NCBI GenBank assembly: GCA_021613535.1
Contig: CP075496.1
Location: forward strand, 7,254,001-7,318,000
Source of the DNA: Adineta vaga
Lineage: Eukaryota; Animalia; Rotifera
DNA length: 64,000 bases
Direction: 5' to 3'
This document shows positions 14,736 through 26,688 of the stretch, one piece after another. The position numbers and the translations under genes were made by a program. The notes under the pieces were generated by a model. It did not search any database, was not told the origin of the DNA, and was given only the letters and a program-made list of their open reading frames with translations. Within the stretch, counting starts at the first letter, position 1. Every line of letters starts with the position of its first letter.

Positions 14736-14770
14736 TTCGTGAAAATCATGATCTATACTAGTATATAAAT
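14736..14770 (+). promoter_or_regulatory. Putative core promoter of microprotein A: TTCGTGAAAATCATGA followed by TATATAAAT
   Basis: The element matches 15/16 to one at nearly the same distance from the TATA box of paralog B. Confidence 0.6.
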
Positions 14771-14856
14771 GAAATGACTGACGGAAAATATATTATCAAA
14801 TCTTATAAGAATTCAACTTTCTCTCAAAAACAAATCTTAACAATTTACATACAAAG

Positions 14857-15099
14857 ATGACTGATTTCGACAAAATCGATGGTGAGTTCCATTGATTTTT
14901 ACACATATTTCATTAACTTAAAATCTCTATTTATTCTTAGGTCAAGCAGCACTCATATTTGTCACTGGTGATTTACAGGTATGTAATTTACAATTCATTT
15001 CTTTCATTGAATTTACAGATCTTATCTTTTTAGACTAATTCCAGTACAACTCTTACCTACAAAAGATATAACAACAATACAAGACAGATTTGGATATGA
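14857..15099 (+). CDS. Microprotein A, 42 aa, 3 exons: MTDFDKIDGQAALIFVTGDLQTNSSTTLTYKRYNNNTRQIWI
   Basis: Exons 14857-14881, 14941-14978 and 15034-15099. Introns of 59 and 55 nt with donors GTGAGT and GTATGT and TAG acceptors. Exon sizes and phases match paralog B. TATA upstream, AATAAA near 15304. Confidence 0.7.
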
Positions 15100-16701
15100 T
15101 CTTCGAAAAGAATAGTACAAAAATATGTTAATAATTGCAATGATGCATTTAAATATTATAAAAGAAAATTTATGACAATACAAGAACAGCATATATATTT
15201 ATTGGAAATGACTACTTACATATTATTATATGCTTCCTTTTTTTAATATTTCGATGTTTATATTTTCATTCCAATTTTGTTATATTTCGGATTATTAATA
15301 TGAAATAAATACTCAGAATAATATACAATTCGTCTGATTGATATTTAAAGAGATGAAAAAGGATTTTTATTTAATAAGTCTTAAGCAGAAAGTACTTTCT
15401 CATTTTATTCCTATTATTCGTTGGTATGTTGATAGATATGCAATCATACGAGTCATTTTGCGCGTCATTTCAGCCGTAACAAAACAGTACTCTACTGAAA
15501 GAGTATTCGAACTTGTTCACTTTTAAGTTGACTGACAATCTTTTTACGATAAAATATTTCTATTGAAAAGTAAAGAGTAACGTTCTGTTGCGGTTAAAAC
15601 GAGGCCTGAAATAAGCCCTATGATTATATATCTGTCAAAAGATTGAAGACTGATGGTAATAAAACAAGCTTGTACTAGTAGTGCATAATATCGCTCGGAT
15701 TATTTTTTTCATTTGCCGATGTTTACCGAATAAAGTAACCTTGCTTGTCAAAACATACCAAGGTAGATCATGGAAATAGATAAGCGGTTTCGTTTTTTTT
15801 CGCTAACAAAATTATAGAAGGTGGAGCGAGTGAAATATAACTACTATTGAAAATTTCTATGTTATGACTATTGGTTCGTAATGATAATTACGTAGACATT
15901 TGACACCCAAATGACGTTTAGAAATTATTAATTTTGAAGGCAGACCATTTATAATCACTGTACAAATAAATAAATATGATGTTTGATAATTCGATAAAAG
16001 TATATAAAAATATATTGTTTATAACATCGCCTATTCGATTGACATTAACGTCAGCGTTGTTTTGATCATTTAAGTAATACTACATAGTAGTATAAAAGAT
16101 AACACTATATATGAGATAATTCAGATACTCATTATCACACCCACCCTCAAAATTTTCAATCTTCAAATACAGTTAGTTTTGAGGGAATGAGAACAATGTA
16201 TCCCTAGAATTTTTAATGACTATATATAATACTTAGGAAATTCATTCGTTTAATCCATCTGTTCGTTTTTCTCGACTGAATTTCTAACTCAATTCATGAT
16301 AAAACCCCCATTATTCTTTTGTCCCGACTTAATTCCCAGATAACATGAGATAAGTTTATCTGCTATTGTATCATGAGAAATACGGTCTCCGTCAATACAA
16401 AGTTGACAACAGATGACTATCTCGCCTACATTTATTTTCTTGATACTATGACATCATTAAAGCATGTGCTGCACTAATTTATCTCTAGACAGTGTGCTAT
16501 TTTCATCGTCGTAGAGAGAAATTCCGTCATCTATTTATGATTTTGTGTTGGAAAATTCCAACTAAAGATCAAGTCATGTTTTATTGCTCATCTAATCTAT
16601 GTCATGTATGATACTCCTTGGAAATAACCCGCACTTCATTTCCAAAACCATGTCATTATACACGAGAAAACCTTTTTTCGTTCTTCCTTTCATTCTACCA
16701 C

Positions 16702-16735
16702 TTCGTCAAAATCATGAAAGATAACTTATATAAAT
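16702..16735 (+). promoter_or_regulatory. Putative core promoter of microprotein B: TTCGTCAAAATCATGA followed by TATATAAAT, with kB-like sites upstream
   Basis: Shared element with paralog A. GGAAAATTCC at 16550-16559 and GGAAATAACCC at 16620-16630. Confidence 0.6.
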
Positions 16736-16815
16736 AGTGTAAGAGTAACACACATATATCTATCAGCAATTGAAAACAAAAACATACAAACGAAAAAGAT
16801 TATTTCTCAAAAGTA

Positions 16816-17081
16816 ATGTTCAATCCTTCTGATTCTGATGGTAAGATGAACTATTTTTCATTCAATTTGAACTTCTATTGTGAAATTTTAGTTGCCGCTG
16901 CTGTCATGTATGTGAATGGAAGTATTCAGGTATATTTAGTGATTGAAAAGTATCTTTAATCTCAGGTTTTTCTATCTAGACAGAGAATATTATTGGTCTT
17001 GAATATACCGTTATTGATAACAATAACTCAAAAACGCAATTTAACTGCCAAATAGGCTGCTATGAATATCAACGATCTTGA
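16816..17081 (+). CDS. Microprotein B, 54 aa, 3 exons: MFNPSDSDVAAAVMYVNGSIQTENIIGLEYTVIDNNNSKTQFNCQIGCYEYQRS
   Basis: Exons 16816-16840, 16892-16929 and 16980-17081. Introns of 51 and 50 nt (GTAAGA, GTATAT; TAG). Conservative substitutions versus paralog A. AATAAA near 17281. Confidence 0.75.
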
Positions 17082-17498
17082 TTAAGAACGAAACATACCT
17101 TGGCAGAATGATAACGACACAAAACATACAAGTAATTATTGGTTGAAATGAAACAAAATTACTCTGCATAATAAATAGGTGTACAGAATACAAACATTTC
17201 TTTTTTTATTATGGATTCAGAACTATAATCATACGTAGTGTTGTAATTGTTTTTCATGTCATTTGTAAATTTATTGAAGGAATAAATGACAAAATAGCGA
17301 TTCAAAACTGAATGGTTTGATTTATAAGCGGAATTTGTTTTGCATAAAACATAAGAGAGCGTATACTAATATTAAAAAAGCGACAGAGAAATAATCACGG
17401 GGTCTAGAAAAGAAGAAGAAAGAAAAAATACTGCTAAAGTACTAATGTAAATAGAAGATTAGAATAGATAGATAGATTATTCATTGAAAAATACTGTT

Positions 17499-20400
17499 TT
17501 AAAATATGTTATTCGAAAGCCAATTAGTATCAAATGAAGCTATTTGTTCAATTCGTTCATTGTCAGAAAGAAGATGAACATTTGTTTCATCGACATGAGT
17601 CAATGACTCAATCAATTCTAAAAAAATAACAATAGATTAGAAAGTAATGCTCTGTGCAAAAATATCTTATTCATTTTTATAATCACACTACTTACCATCA
17701 AATGTCCATAATATTGAATTATCCGCATTGATTTCTCTTGTTGCATTCAATTTATTACTTGTTTCTTCAAAATTTCGTACTTGTAATAAACGAAGCACAA
17801 GGGTAATTCTTTAATATGAAAAATCAGTGATTTATAAAGAAAAATAAAAGTTTGAATGATCATACTGTTCTTGCGTAAGTAATCCAGTTCGATCGGTATC
17901 TAGAATCTCAAACCATCGTTTAAGATCAATCTTTGTACAATATCCACTGTTAACAATCGGTAAAAATGTGTCACGAAATTCAATCCAATTTATCGAAGAA
18001 ACTAAATAAAACAAATTAAAATATAGAACAAAAAATAATTGATTGATCTAGATCAAACCAGTCTGTTGTTTTTTATTGAGAAATAATTGAATAAATCGTT
18101 GTAAATCAGTATTAGAAATATTAATATTATGATTAATAAATTCATTTGTAATTTTTATAGTTAAATCTTCATCATTACTATTCAATTCTTTCTTATCGGA
18201 ATTAGCACCAACATTTTTGAATATTTGACCAAGTACTATCATATTGAAATGAAAGCATTCGTCTTCAATTAGATCATCTCTTACTTGATATTTCTTGAGT
18301 AAATTTTTCATCAGGTTTTGTCGAAAAATTGATTACAGGTACTTCTAATATAATCGTTTGATTTTCTGTTGGTGATTGATTAAACCATTGTTGATTCTCT
18401 GTTTCTTTCGATAAGACATTTTCATTGATATCATCAGTTGTTTTGATTGCTTCGATTAATTCTATTCAAAGAAAAAGATCTATTTTGCGAAACAACAATT
18501 TCTTTTTTGTCTATTACCATCAGCACTCAATTTTCCATCATGATCTGTATCGTATTTATCAACGATAATTTGTGCAAGATGAATTGTATCATTCGCTTGT
18601 AGAACTTCAAGTAATTCTAAATCAAAATCTTTCTTGTTTTAATTATTGGAGAAAGAACAATGAGAGTTTACCGGCAATTTCTTGAACAGATAAATGACCA
18701 TCTCCACTAATATCGAAGAGATCAAATAATTTTCGAATGTGTTGTTCCGTATAACGACCGGATACCATTGGAAAAAGAATATCACGAAATTCAATCCAAT
18801 CGAGTGTTGCTAGACGATCTTTACAAAAAGAAAAGAAACAATATATTTATTTATGAATCAGAGAGAGAGAAGAAAATAGAATTATTAGATACTTACGTTT
18901 TTGTGCAGATGCTTCTACCAGATATTTTCGGAATAAACTATCGAATAATGTTCGAATTAATTGATCACGAAATTCAAGGCGATCAAGTAATTTATCTGGT
19001 AAATCATTATCTATTTCTACGACATCTTCATTGTTAGCTAATTCATGAAATACATAACGAAGTTCTAAAATATTATAAAAAAAATTATGTATGCTCTCTC
19101 TCTCTCTCTCGGCTGGCAATATTAACCTTGAACGATGACGGCTAATTTTGGATCATCATAATTATCAGTTCGATTTTCAGAAGTTGTTGCATCCACTTTG
19201 AACACAAAAATATTTTTATTATTGTATCAATAGTAATGTCAATATTATGTTACCTTCGACATCAGTTAATGAAGAATCATCAGATGATTGTTTACTAGTA
19301 TCTTGTAAAGGAAAAGAATGAGTTTCAAGTAAATGATCGTCACTGGTTTTGGTTGAGGAATGATAATCAATACGATCATCCTCCTCTGTTCTATCAATAA
19401 GAGAAGAATGACTGTCTCCTTCTCTTTTTGTTTGATTAGATGATTCAATTTGCGATAATTCAGATTTATTGTCCTGAGTTAATAAATTTGTATCTGATTG
19501 AGAAAGACTTTGTTTTCTTTCTTCTTGTGACGCATTATATAAGTTAAATGATGAGGATCGTGATCCTTTCATATCAGTATCTAGAGATACTTCATATTCT
19601 TCATGTGAAGACTGTTCAGGAGTAGAAGTAGAAGAGCGATGTTCACTGTGATCTGGATGACTATTTAATCGTTCATCACTCACAGGTAATGTTCTTTCTT
19701 CATGTTCAATATTATCATCTCTTTCATTATTCAGTTGAATGGATTGATCGACAACATGTTGCAATTCATGTCCTCGAAGAAATACAAAGAAATACATTTA
19801 CTAATGGGGCAAACTCATGTAAAAACCTAATAGTTACCTTCAACAGTCGAGGGTGAACCGTCTGTATCAGAAGAACTTTGAACTTCAGGCGATGCTTCAG
19901 GATCTGTTGGTGAAGGTAACATTGATTGAAGGACATCAGAAGTTAGCGGTTGATCTTGTGTCATGGCAGGTGCAGTTGCTGAAGTAATTGAACGTTGAAA
20001 ATCAGATGACAATATTGAGTCTATGGAAGCTTTGCGAGACGTGGACTGATGTTCTGAAGTAGAACCTGATGGTGGTTGTTGTTCTGGACTTATCGTAGCG
20101 TTTGTTGTCGATAGACGTCTTTGAGCATCAGTTGACACTGCCGAGCCTGTTGAAGATGTTCGCGATCGTGGAGGATGTTCAAAAACTGTTGAAGAATTAA
20201 CTACAGAAGAACGTCTTCTGTTTTCAGATGGTTCCAATGAAGTTGTCGAAGATTTACGTGATGTAAATTGATGTTCATATGAAGAAGATATAGGTTGTTC
20301 TTCTTCTACATTGGTTTGAGTTGTACTCAATGTTACACCATCATTTACTGACGATTTACGGGATGATGGTTGATTTTCTAAGACCGTTGAAGTATGTCCT

Positions 20401-23400
20401 ACGGAAGGTCGTCTTGACGCATCAGGTGTTATTGATGAGCTTACTGAAGACGTATGTGTTGAGGAGTGAGGTTCATTGGTTGAAGTTGGTAATTGCTGAT
20501 CTGGGACTATGGGAATAGAACTTGTCGAAGTACGTCTCTGACCATCTGATTGTACCACCGAATCAATCGATGATTTCCGTGATGCAGACGGTTCCTGTTC
20601 TGAAGTTGCAGATGTTATAGTTGAAACTGTTTCTTTATGTATATCAGGTAATGTTTCTGAAGCTACGGATGATTTACGTGACGAAGATTGATATTCTTGC
20701 GAAGGTAATGCTGGCAATTGACGAACATCAGATATTGTTGGTTGTTGTTGTTGCTGCTGCTCGGAACTTATTGTGACACCAGATGCAGAAATACGTCTTT
20801 GAGTATTGGATGATATGTCTGAGCTTACTGATGATGTTCGCGTGGACGGTAGTTGTTCAGATTGTAGTTGAAATGTTTATGGTAGAAGGACGTCGTTGAG
20901 TATCAGATGGTTGTTGTTCATCAGCTGTGGAAATATGTACCACAGAAGAACGCTTCTGATCACTAGATGGTAATGTTGAATCAACTGAAGACTTACGAGA
21001 TGGTGACAAATGTTCTTGCATAGAAGGTGATAATGGTTGAGTAACATCTGCAACTGGCGAGCTATCTGATGTAGAAACACGTCTTTGAACATCAACCGAT
21101 ACTCCTGAACCCACAGATGCAGAACGCGATGAGGGTTGATGTTCTCCTGACGAAGATGAAGATGACTGTTCAACATGAGAACTAGATGTTTGTTGTTCCG
21201 GAAATAGTGAAACATCATCAGTCACAGGAACTTGTCGTTGAACATCAGATATTCCAGACGAATGGAGTGATGATTTGCGTGATGATGGTTGACGTTCTTC
21301 AGAAGAATCTAATGGTGTTTGACGCGTGTCAGCAGCTGCTGATTGTTGCTCTGAGTCTACTGAAACACCAGCTGTAGAAGGACGTCTGTAATGACTACTT
21401 GACGTTGACGATCTACGTGAAGAAGATGATGATGGTTGTTGTTGTTGTTGTTGTTCTACAATCGGTGACGTATTGATAGTAGATGAACGTCGTTGATTAT
21501 CAGATGAAGCTACTGCACTTGTTGAAGATTTACGTGATGATGACTGATGTTCATCTGAAGGCGTTGAAGGTGATTGGTGCGCATCAATTTCTGACTTTTG
21601 TTGCTCTGGAATAGCTGTAACACTGCTGGTAGACAGATGCCTTTGAACATCAGATGGAACAGTTGAGCTTACAGAAGATGTACGAGAGGATGGTGGATGT
21701 TCTTGAGCAGTTGAAGGACGTCGCTGACTATCAGATATATTTAATGTTATTTGCTCTGAATCAGTAGATGTTTGCTTTCCTTGTGGTATTGTCTTGTCTG
21801 CTTCTAATATTGGAATAGATGGCAGACTAGTTGGCGTTGATTGAAGTTCAGGTGTTGTCACAGGTGATCGTTGAAGTTGAGAAGTTTCGGATTGTTCTTC
21901 TCGTGATAACAGAAGAGCGGGAGAGGTCGATGAAGTAGGTGATTGTCGTATTGCAGTACTTGTTGAAGAAGTTCGTGATGATAATTGTTGCGCTTCAGTT
22001 ACTGAAGACGAATGATCTTCTTCTGTAAAATTAGATGCAGATACATTTGAAGTTTTCTCATTGTTTTGAGAAAAATCAATGTCACTTGTTACAATTTGCT
22101 GTTGACCATATAAATTATTTTGCACAGTAGGTGATAATCCAATCGAATAAATATTATTTGTTTGAATATTATTATCTTCACTAAGTAAATCAAAGTTTGA
22201 TTGAACAATTTGTGCAACTGTAAGATTCTTCAAAAAATAGAAAAGATTTTTTGTGAAATTTTCAATATTGATTCTTATTTCGTACCTCATCTTGTTGTTG
22301 ATCATTCAATTTACTTTGATTTGTATTATTTGCCGACCATACTGTTCTATCTGTATAAATCAATATTTTTTGTTCGAAGAAAGAAAAAAAATAACAAAAA
22401 GTTTAACTTAATTTATTGTACTAAACCACGTTTATCATCTAATTGGCTTCTTTCATTCTCTAGCCTTCAGATCGAACAAATACAGAAGTCTCACACATAT
22501 GTCTATGCTAAATTGCATTTCAGTGCAAATAATAATTGTCTTCTATACATAAGCACACAGACACACATACAATATGTAGGAATCGAAATGAAAAAAAGAA
22601 AAGGTAGCATTAAAAAAACGCACGCAATGATGGTTGTTACAAAATTTGTCAAACTCAACTATTTGTTCAAATAATGAAAGTTAATTGTGTTGAGTGCTTC
22701 TATATTTATTCAGTCAAATTTCTGGTCTCACCTGTCAATGTATTACTGTTGCTTCGTAATGATGTTGGTCTCATTAAATGTGTTATACTACTCGTAGATT
22801 GTTTTCGTCGATATTCGCTTTCTAAAACACCACGATAAAGTGTCAATTCAAATTTTAAATTTCGATCATATTCAGCTAGATGATTTAATTTGTCTTTCAA
22901 GGTTTGCAATTCTAATTTGCTACATTCTAATTCATTATCTTTCGTTGTTAATTGTTGTCGACGTTCATCACGTAATGAAAAGAATTCAGCTTCCTATGAA
23001 AACAGAAAAACAAATTTTATTTTTAAAAGTTATATCAATTTGAATTATTTTCATACCATAGCTTGCACACGTTCAATTAACGTTTGATTATGATCGTTGA
23101 GTGTTGTTAATTCTTGTAAGACAGTTTGATGTTCATCATGAAGTTGTTCATAACCTTCCTGGTTGGAAGATTGATGAAATGTATTGGTTTCATTTGTTTG
23201 TACACTTTCTTCAAGTATCTGTAACATTTGTTTATATTCATTGTCCATTTGTTTCAATTGTGTTTGATTTAAATCATTGAAATCTTGTCGAATACGATTG
23301 ATTGATTCACTTAAACGTGATAGAAGATATTCATTTGCTTCGGCTTGTGTTTCAAGAATTGTTTCACGTTCTTCATCAAGAAATTCTTTAGTTGTTTGCA

Positions 23401-24064
23401 TTAATTTAACTTCTTCTTTTAATGTTTGAATTTCAAACTAAATAAGGAAAAGGATATCAATGAAAAATCAATTAATTCCCGTTAATCTTACTTCTGTTTT
23501 CGATCGTTCAATACAAATTCGTTCTAATTGTATCTGTAAATTGTCAACTTTATCCATTGCTTGTTGATAATTTTGTTTTTCATTATCAACATAAACTAAT
23601 AAAGTTTGAATCTGTTGATTTAATTTATTGAATTCATTTCGAACGATTCGTTCTTGTTTTTGTAATGCATTCAATCGTTTCACTTGTTCTTTCTCATTAC
23701 TAGCAACAAAATGAATTCGTCGTTTAAGTTCATCTCGTTCTTTTAAATACCGTTTGGCTCGAGTTTTTGATTGATAACGTTCGAGATGAGCTTCATTTAA
23801 TGTTTGACTTTGTTCACGAAAATCATTTGGTAAACGTTTCAAATGATTTTCTAATGCTGAAATATATTCTTTTCGTATTTGCTCAATATGTTCTTGTAAT
23901 TGTCGGTTTTCACCATCCATGGTTTTCATATCATTAAGATATGTTTGAAGATTGGTATTGAGAGTTCGAAATTCTTCAGTTTGAATATTATATGACTGAC
24001 GAGATTGTTCAGCACGATTAACAACATCATCAATAAATTGATCATCGTCAAATAAACTAAACAT
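17499..24064 (-). CDS. Giant IF-rod protein with Ser/Thr-rich repeat tail and C-terminal EF-hand modules (~1800 aa, ~16 exons; one frameshift near 20860)
   Basis: Rod start motif LNTNLQTYLNDMKTMDGEN, coil-1B end EIQTLKEE, rod end LKFELTLYRGVLESEYRR. A strong phase-1 donor (G|GTGAGA, 22731) joins in frame via exons 22459-22427 and 22350-22286 to the repeat exon starting at 22227. EF loops DISGDGHLSVQE, DTDHDGKLSADE and DTDRTGLLTQEQ. Stop TAA ends at 17499. Confidence 0.7.
19900..22000 (-). repeat. Degenerate protein-level repeat, about 15 units of the type EHQPSSR[K/T]SS(V)xSxxxSDxQRRxS
   Basis: Recurring SSRKSS/SRTSS motifs, often paired with SDxQRRxS, in both ORFs (20857-22305 and 19827-20717) and across the frameshift between them. 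Confidence 0.8.
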
Positions 24065-26119
24065 TTTGATTGAGAAAAAAGTACAGAAAGTAATTCGTCG
24101 AAGAAAATTTACGAAATCTAAAAATAATTTGTCAAAGAATTAGTCTGGCCGTTTTTTCGGTACATAATCATCGATTGAAAATTAACATGGAATCTTTCTG
24201 AATTGTAATTTTTCTCTCTTTCTCTCTTTTCTACACTCTGTGAAACATAAGAAGAGAGAGAGAGAAAAGAGAAGAATAACAACAACAACACCTTTCTTTC
24301 TCTCTCTCTCTCTCCTGTGTCTTTAATAAATGAACTCGAATACAGGACAGTTAACTGATCGATAGGTTCTACTATGTCTATATCATTGATTATTTTCTTA
24401 CTGCCAAATAGTGTAAGACATATTTGACACTTGCTAAATAATTTATCTTGAATGTTATTTTTCAAAATCGACAGAAATAAACCTTTATGTCAACTTAATT
24501 ATATAGATTTCAAGAACAAGAAAAAGAAAATATTGACAATGATAAAACTTCATTTGTTCTATAAGAATCTGTTAAGGATTGAATTCTTCACTTATTAATA
24601 ACTTCAAAATAAAAGATCAACTGTAATATGTTACTTTGTAAGCATACTAATAAGATAAAAGTTAAATGATACATATACACACATTCAAAGTAATATCGTA
24701 TAGTTTGTGTTTTTTCTCGTATCTAAATGCAAATAATCAAATCAAGGTTACTGATTATTATGTAAATCTATCTATATATGAATAATGTGGAACGTTTTCC
24801 AAAAAAAACTATTATCTTCAATGTAAACTAAAATATACTTGCCTTTCTTTGTTTTAGTTTTTCCTTATAGCAACACTTATATATATATTGGAAAAATTAT
24901 GACAACCTGTATTTAACTAGTGACGGTTGAATAGGTAAATACCATTAGATTTCCAACAAAAGTAAATATATCGAAATATTGTATGATATAGAAATCATTA
25001 TTTATATATATATATATATGACTCTGTACGTCATCATCATTGTTAATGATGTTGATCACAATAGAAATAACATTATATAAAACAAGCAATATATCCTAAA
25101 GAAATTTATATATGCTTCACGTTCTTTTCATTACCTTTTACCTAGACTTTCTGCTTGAATGTAAACATGTATATGTATACATGCATTTACACGTACATAT
25201 ATTTCTAATGTCTTAATTTAAGAGACAAACATCATGGAAAGAATAAGCAGACAAGTTTAAGCCGGAAGAAAAAGGCACATAACATTGATGTTAACTGATA
25301 TTTCTGATAACAAATATTCACTTTGTTGTCAGTGGTTTTACTAAGAATGATGGAAATATGTTTTTTTCTAATGATAAAAATCTAGTAGCAGAAAAAGGTG
25401 CCGACGTTAGCGTTGCATGTAAAACATTTCTTAGTGTATCATTACGTCTTATTAACAATATGATCTCATGAAATATATTCATTTTTTTGTGATATAAATT
25501 TATCAAGAACAATGATGTCGATAACATCGATTAAATATGCAAGATAAAGATTTGAGTAGTATGAAATAGCAATTTAAATGAAAAGAATCAAATAGTTTGG
25601 AAGTGATATTATTGATAATAGAACATAACAGCTGTAGTTAATATGAGCAATGAATGCGAAATAGTACGATCATTTTGTTTCAATTCTTTTATATTTATTT
25701 TGAGAATCGATTTGTTTCTAAATCGAGTGAGGTTCTTTCATATTTAAACATCCAATAGATTCATTACATTGAGACTTCTTAACTATTTCCACTCGTCAAG
25801 ATATATCAATTCAATTCCTATAACAAATCTATTGATTATTGAAACGACGACATACATAATTTGATGTCTAAACAAATAATTATCCATAAGTTACACTGTG
25901 TCTTTAATCGAAGTATGAAAATGACTGATGTTTGATAATAAGAACACTTTAATTATAATTTAATAAGCAGATTCTTTTGTTTTATTGACATATAAAGGCA
26001 AACAACAAAGAAGAAGAGGGAGAAGAAAAAGAAAAAAGATAATTTGTATGTTTGTTTAGTATGTCTATGAGGAAAAAGGAATCATAATATCGCATAAAGA
26101 AAAATATGTTTTGAATCCT

Positions 26120-26688
26120 TTAACTTCGTTGTAGACCATTTTTTTTCACTGAAGCTAAAGCTTTTCGATCGAATTCAGTTCTATTGGACGTATATTCACT
26201 AGCAATTTCTAAAATAGATCTTTCTCAATAAAATAATCGAGAACAATGAAACACTTACCAGCATTGAGTGCATGATCAATTTTTGGATTATCAATCAGAT
26301 CGACAACAGCTTTGACAACATCAACTAACGGTGTTGTTGGTTTCCATGATTCATTTGAATTGAGTAGATCAACACAAATTTTACCTTGTTCATCAACATT
26401 TGGATGATAAATAGGTGTCACAAAACGAACTTCAGGTGGTTTAAATGGAAATTCGGCTGGTAATTTAATTTCAATTTGAAATGCAGCTTGATTATAAATA
26501 TTACCAGTTGGTAATATTCGTCCAAGAATAACGTTGGCAGTGCTAGCACCGGCACGGCCTGCTGTTGCGGGATCATCGATTGGAGATTTATCAAGAAGAA
26601 ATTTTACAGATGATTCATTAGTTGATAGTGCTTTGAGTTTGGTTAATTCAGTAATTAAACGTTTATTTGCACCGGATGATGCCGACAT
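26120..26688 (-). CDS. Ubiquitin-conjugating enzyme E2, UBE2L3-like, copy 1 (most canonical; 2 exons)
   Basis: FPFKPPEVRFVTPIYHPNVDEQGKICVDLL...WKPTT has the HPN motif and catalytic Cys. Intron 26258-26209. Last exon EIASEYTSNRTEFDRKALASVKKNGLQRS*. Confidence 0.92.

Noticed and set aside
14879-15115. Alternative frame for microprotein A starting at the ATG just before intron 1 (MVKQHSYLSLVIYRLIPV...)
   Set aside because: The equivalent frame in paralog B hits a stop in exon 2 and is not similar. The upstream-ATG frame shows conservative substitutions.
20321-22674. Antisense and alternative-frame ORFs over the repeat exon (and similar ones over the E2, IF and 48-51 kb genes)
   Set aside because: Shadow ORFs caused by codon bias in the real coding frames.
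22706-22731. End of the IF gene at GETRNLTE*
   Set aside because: It reads through a strong GTGAGA donor with in-frame exons downstream. It could still be a short intron-retention isoform.
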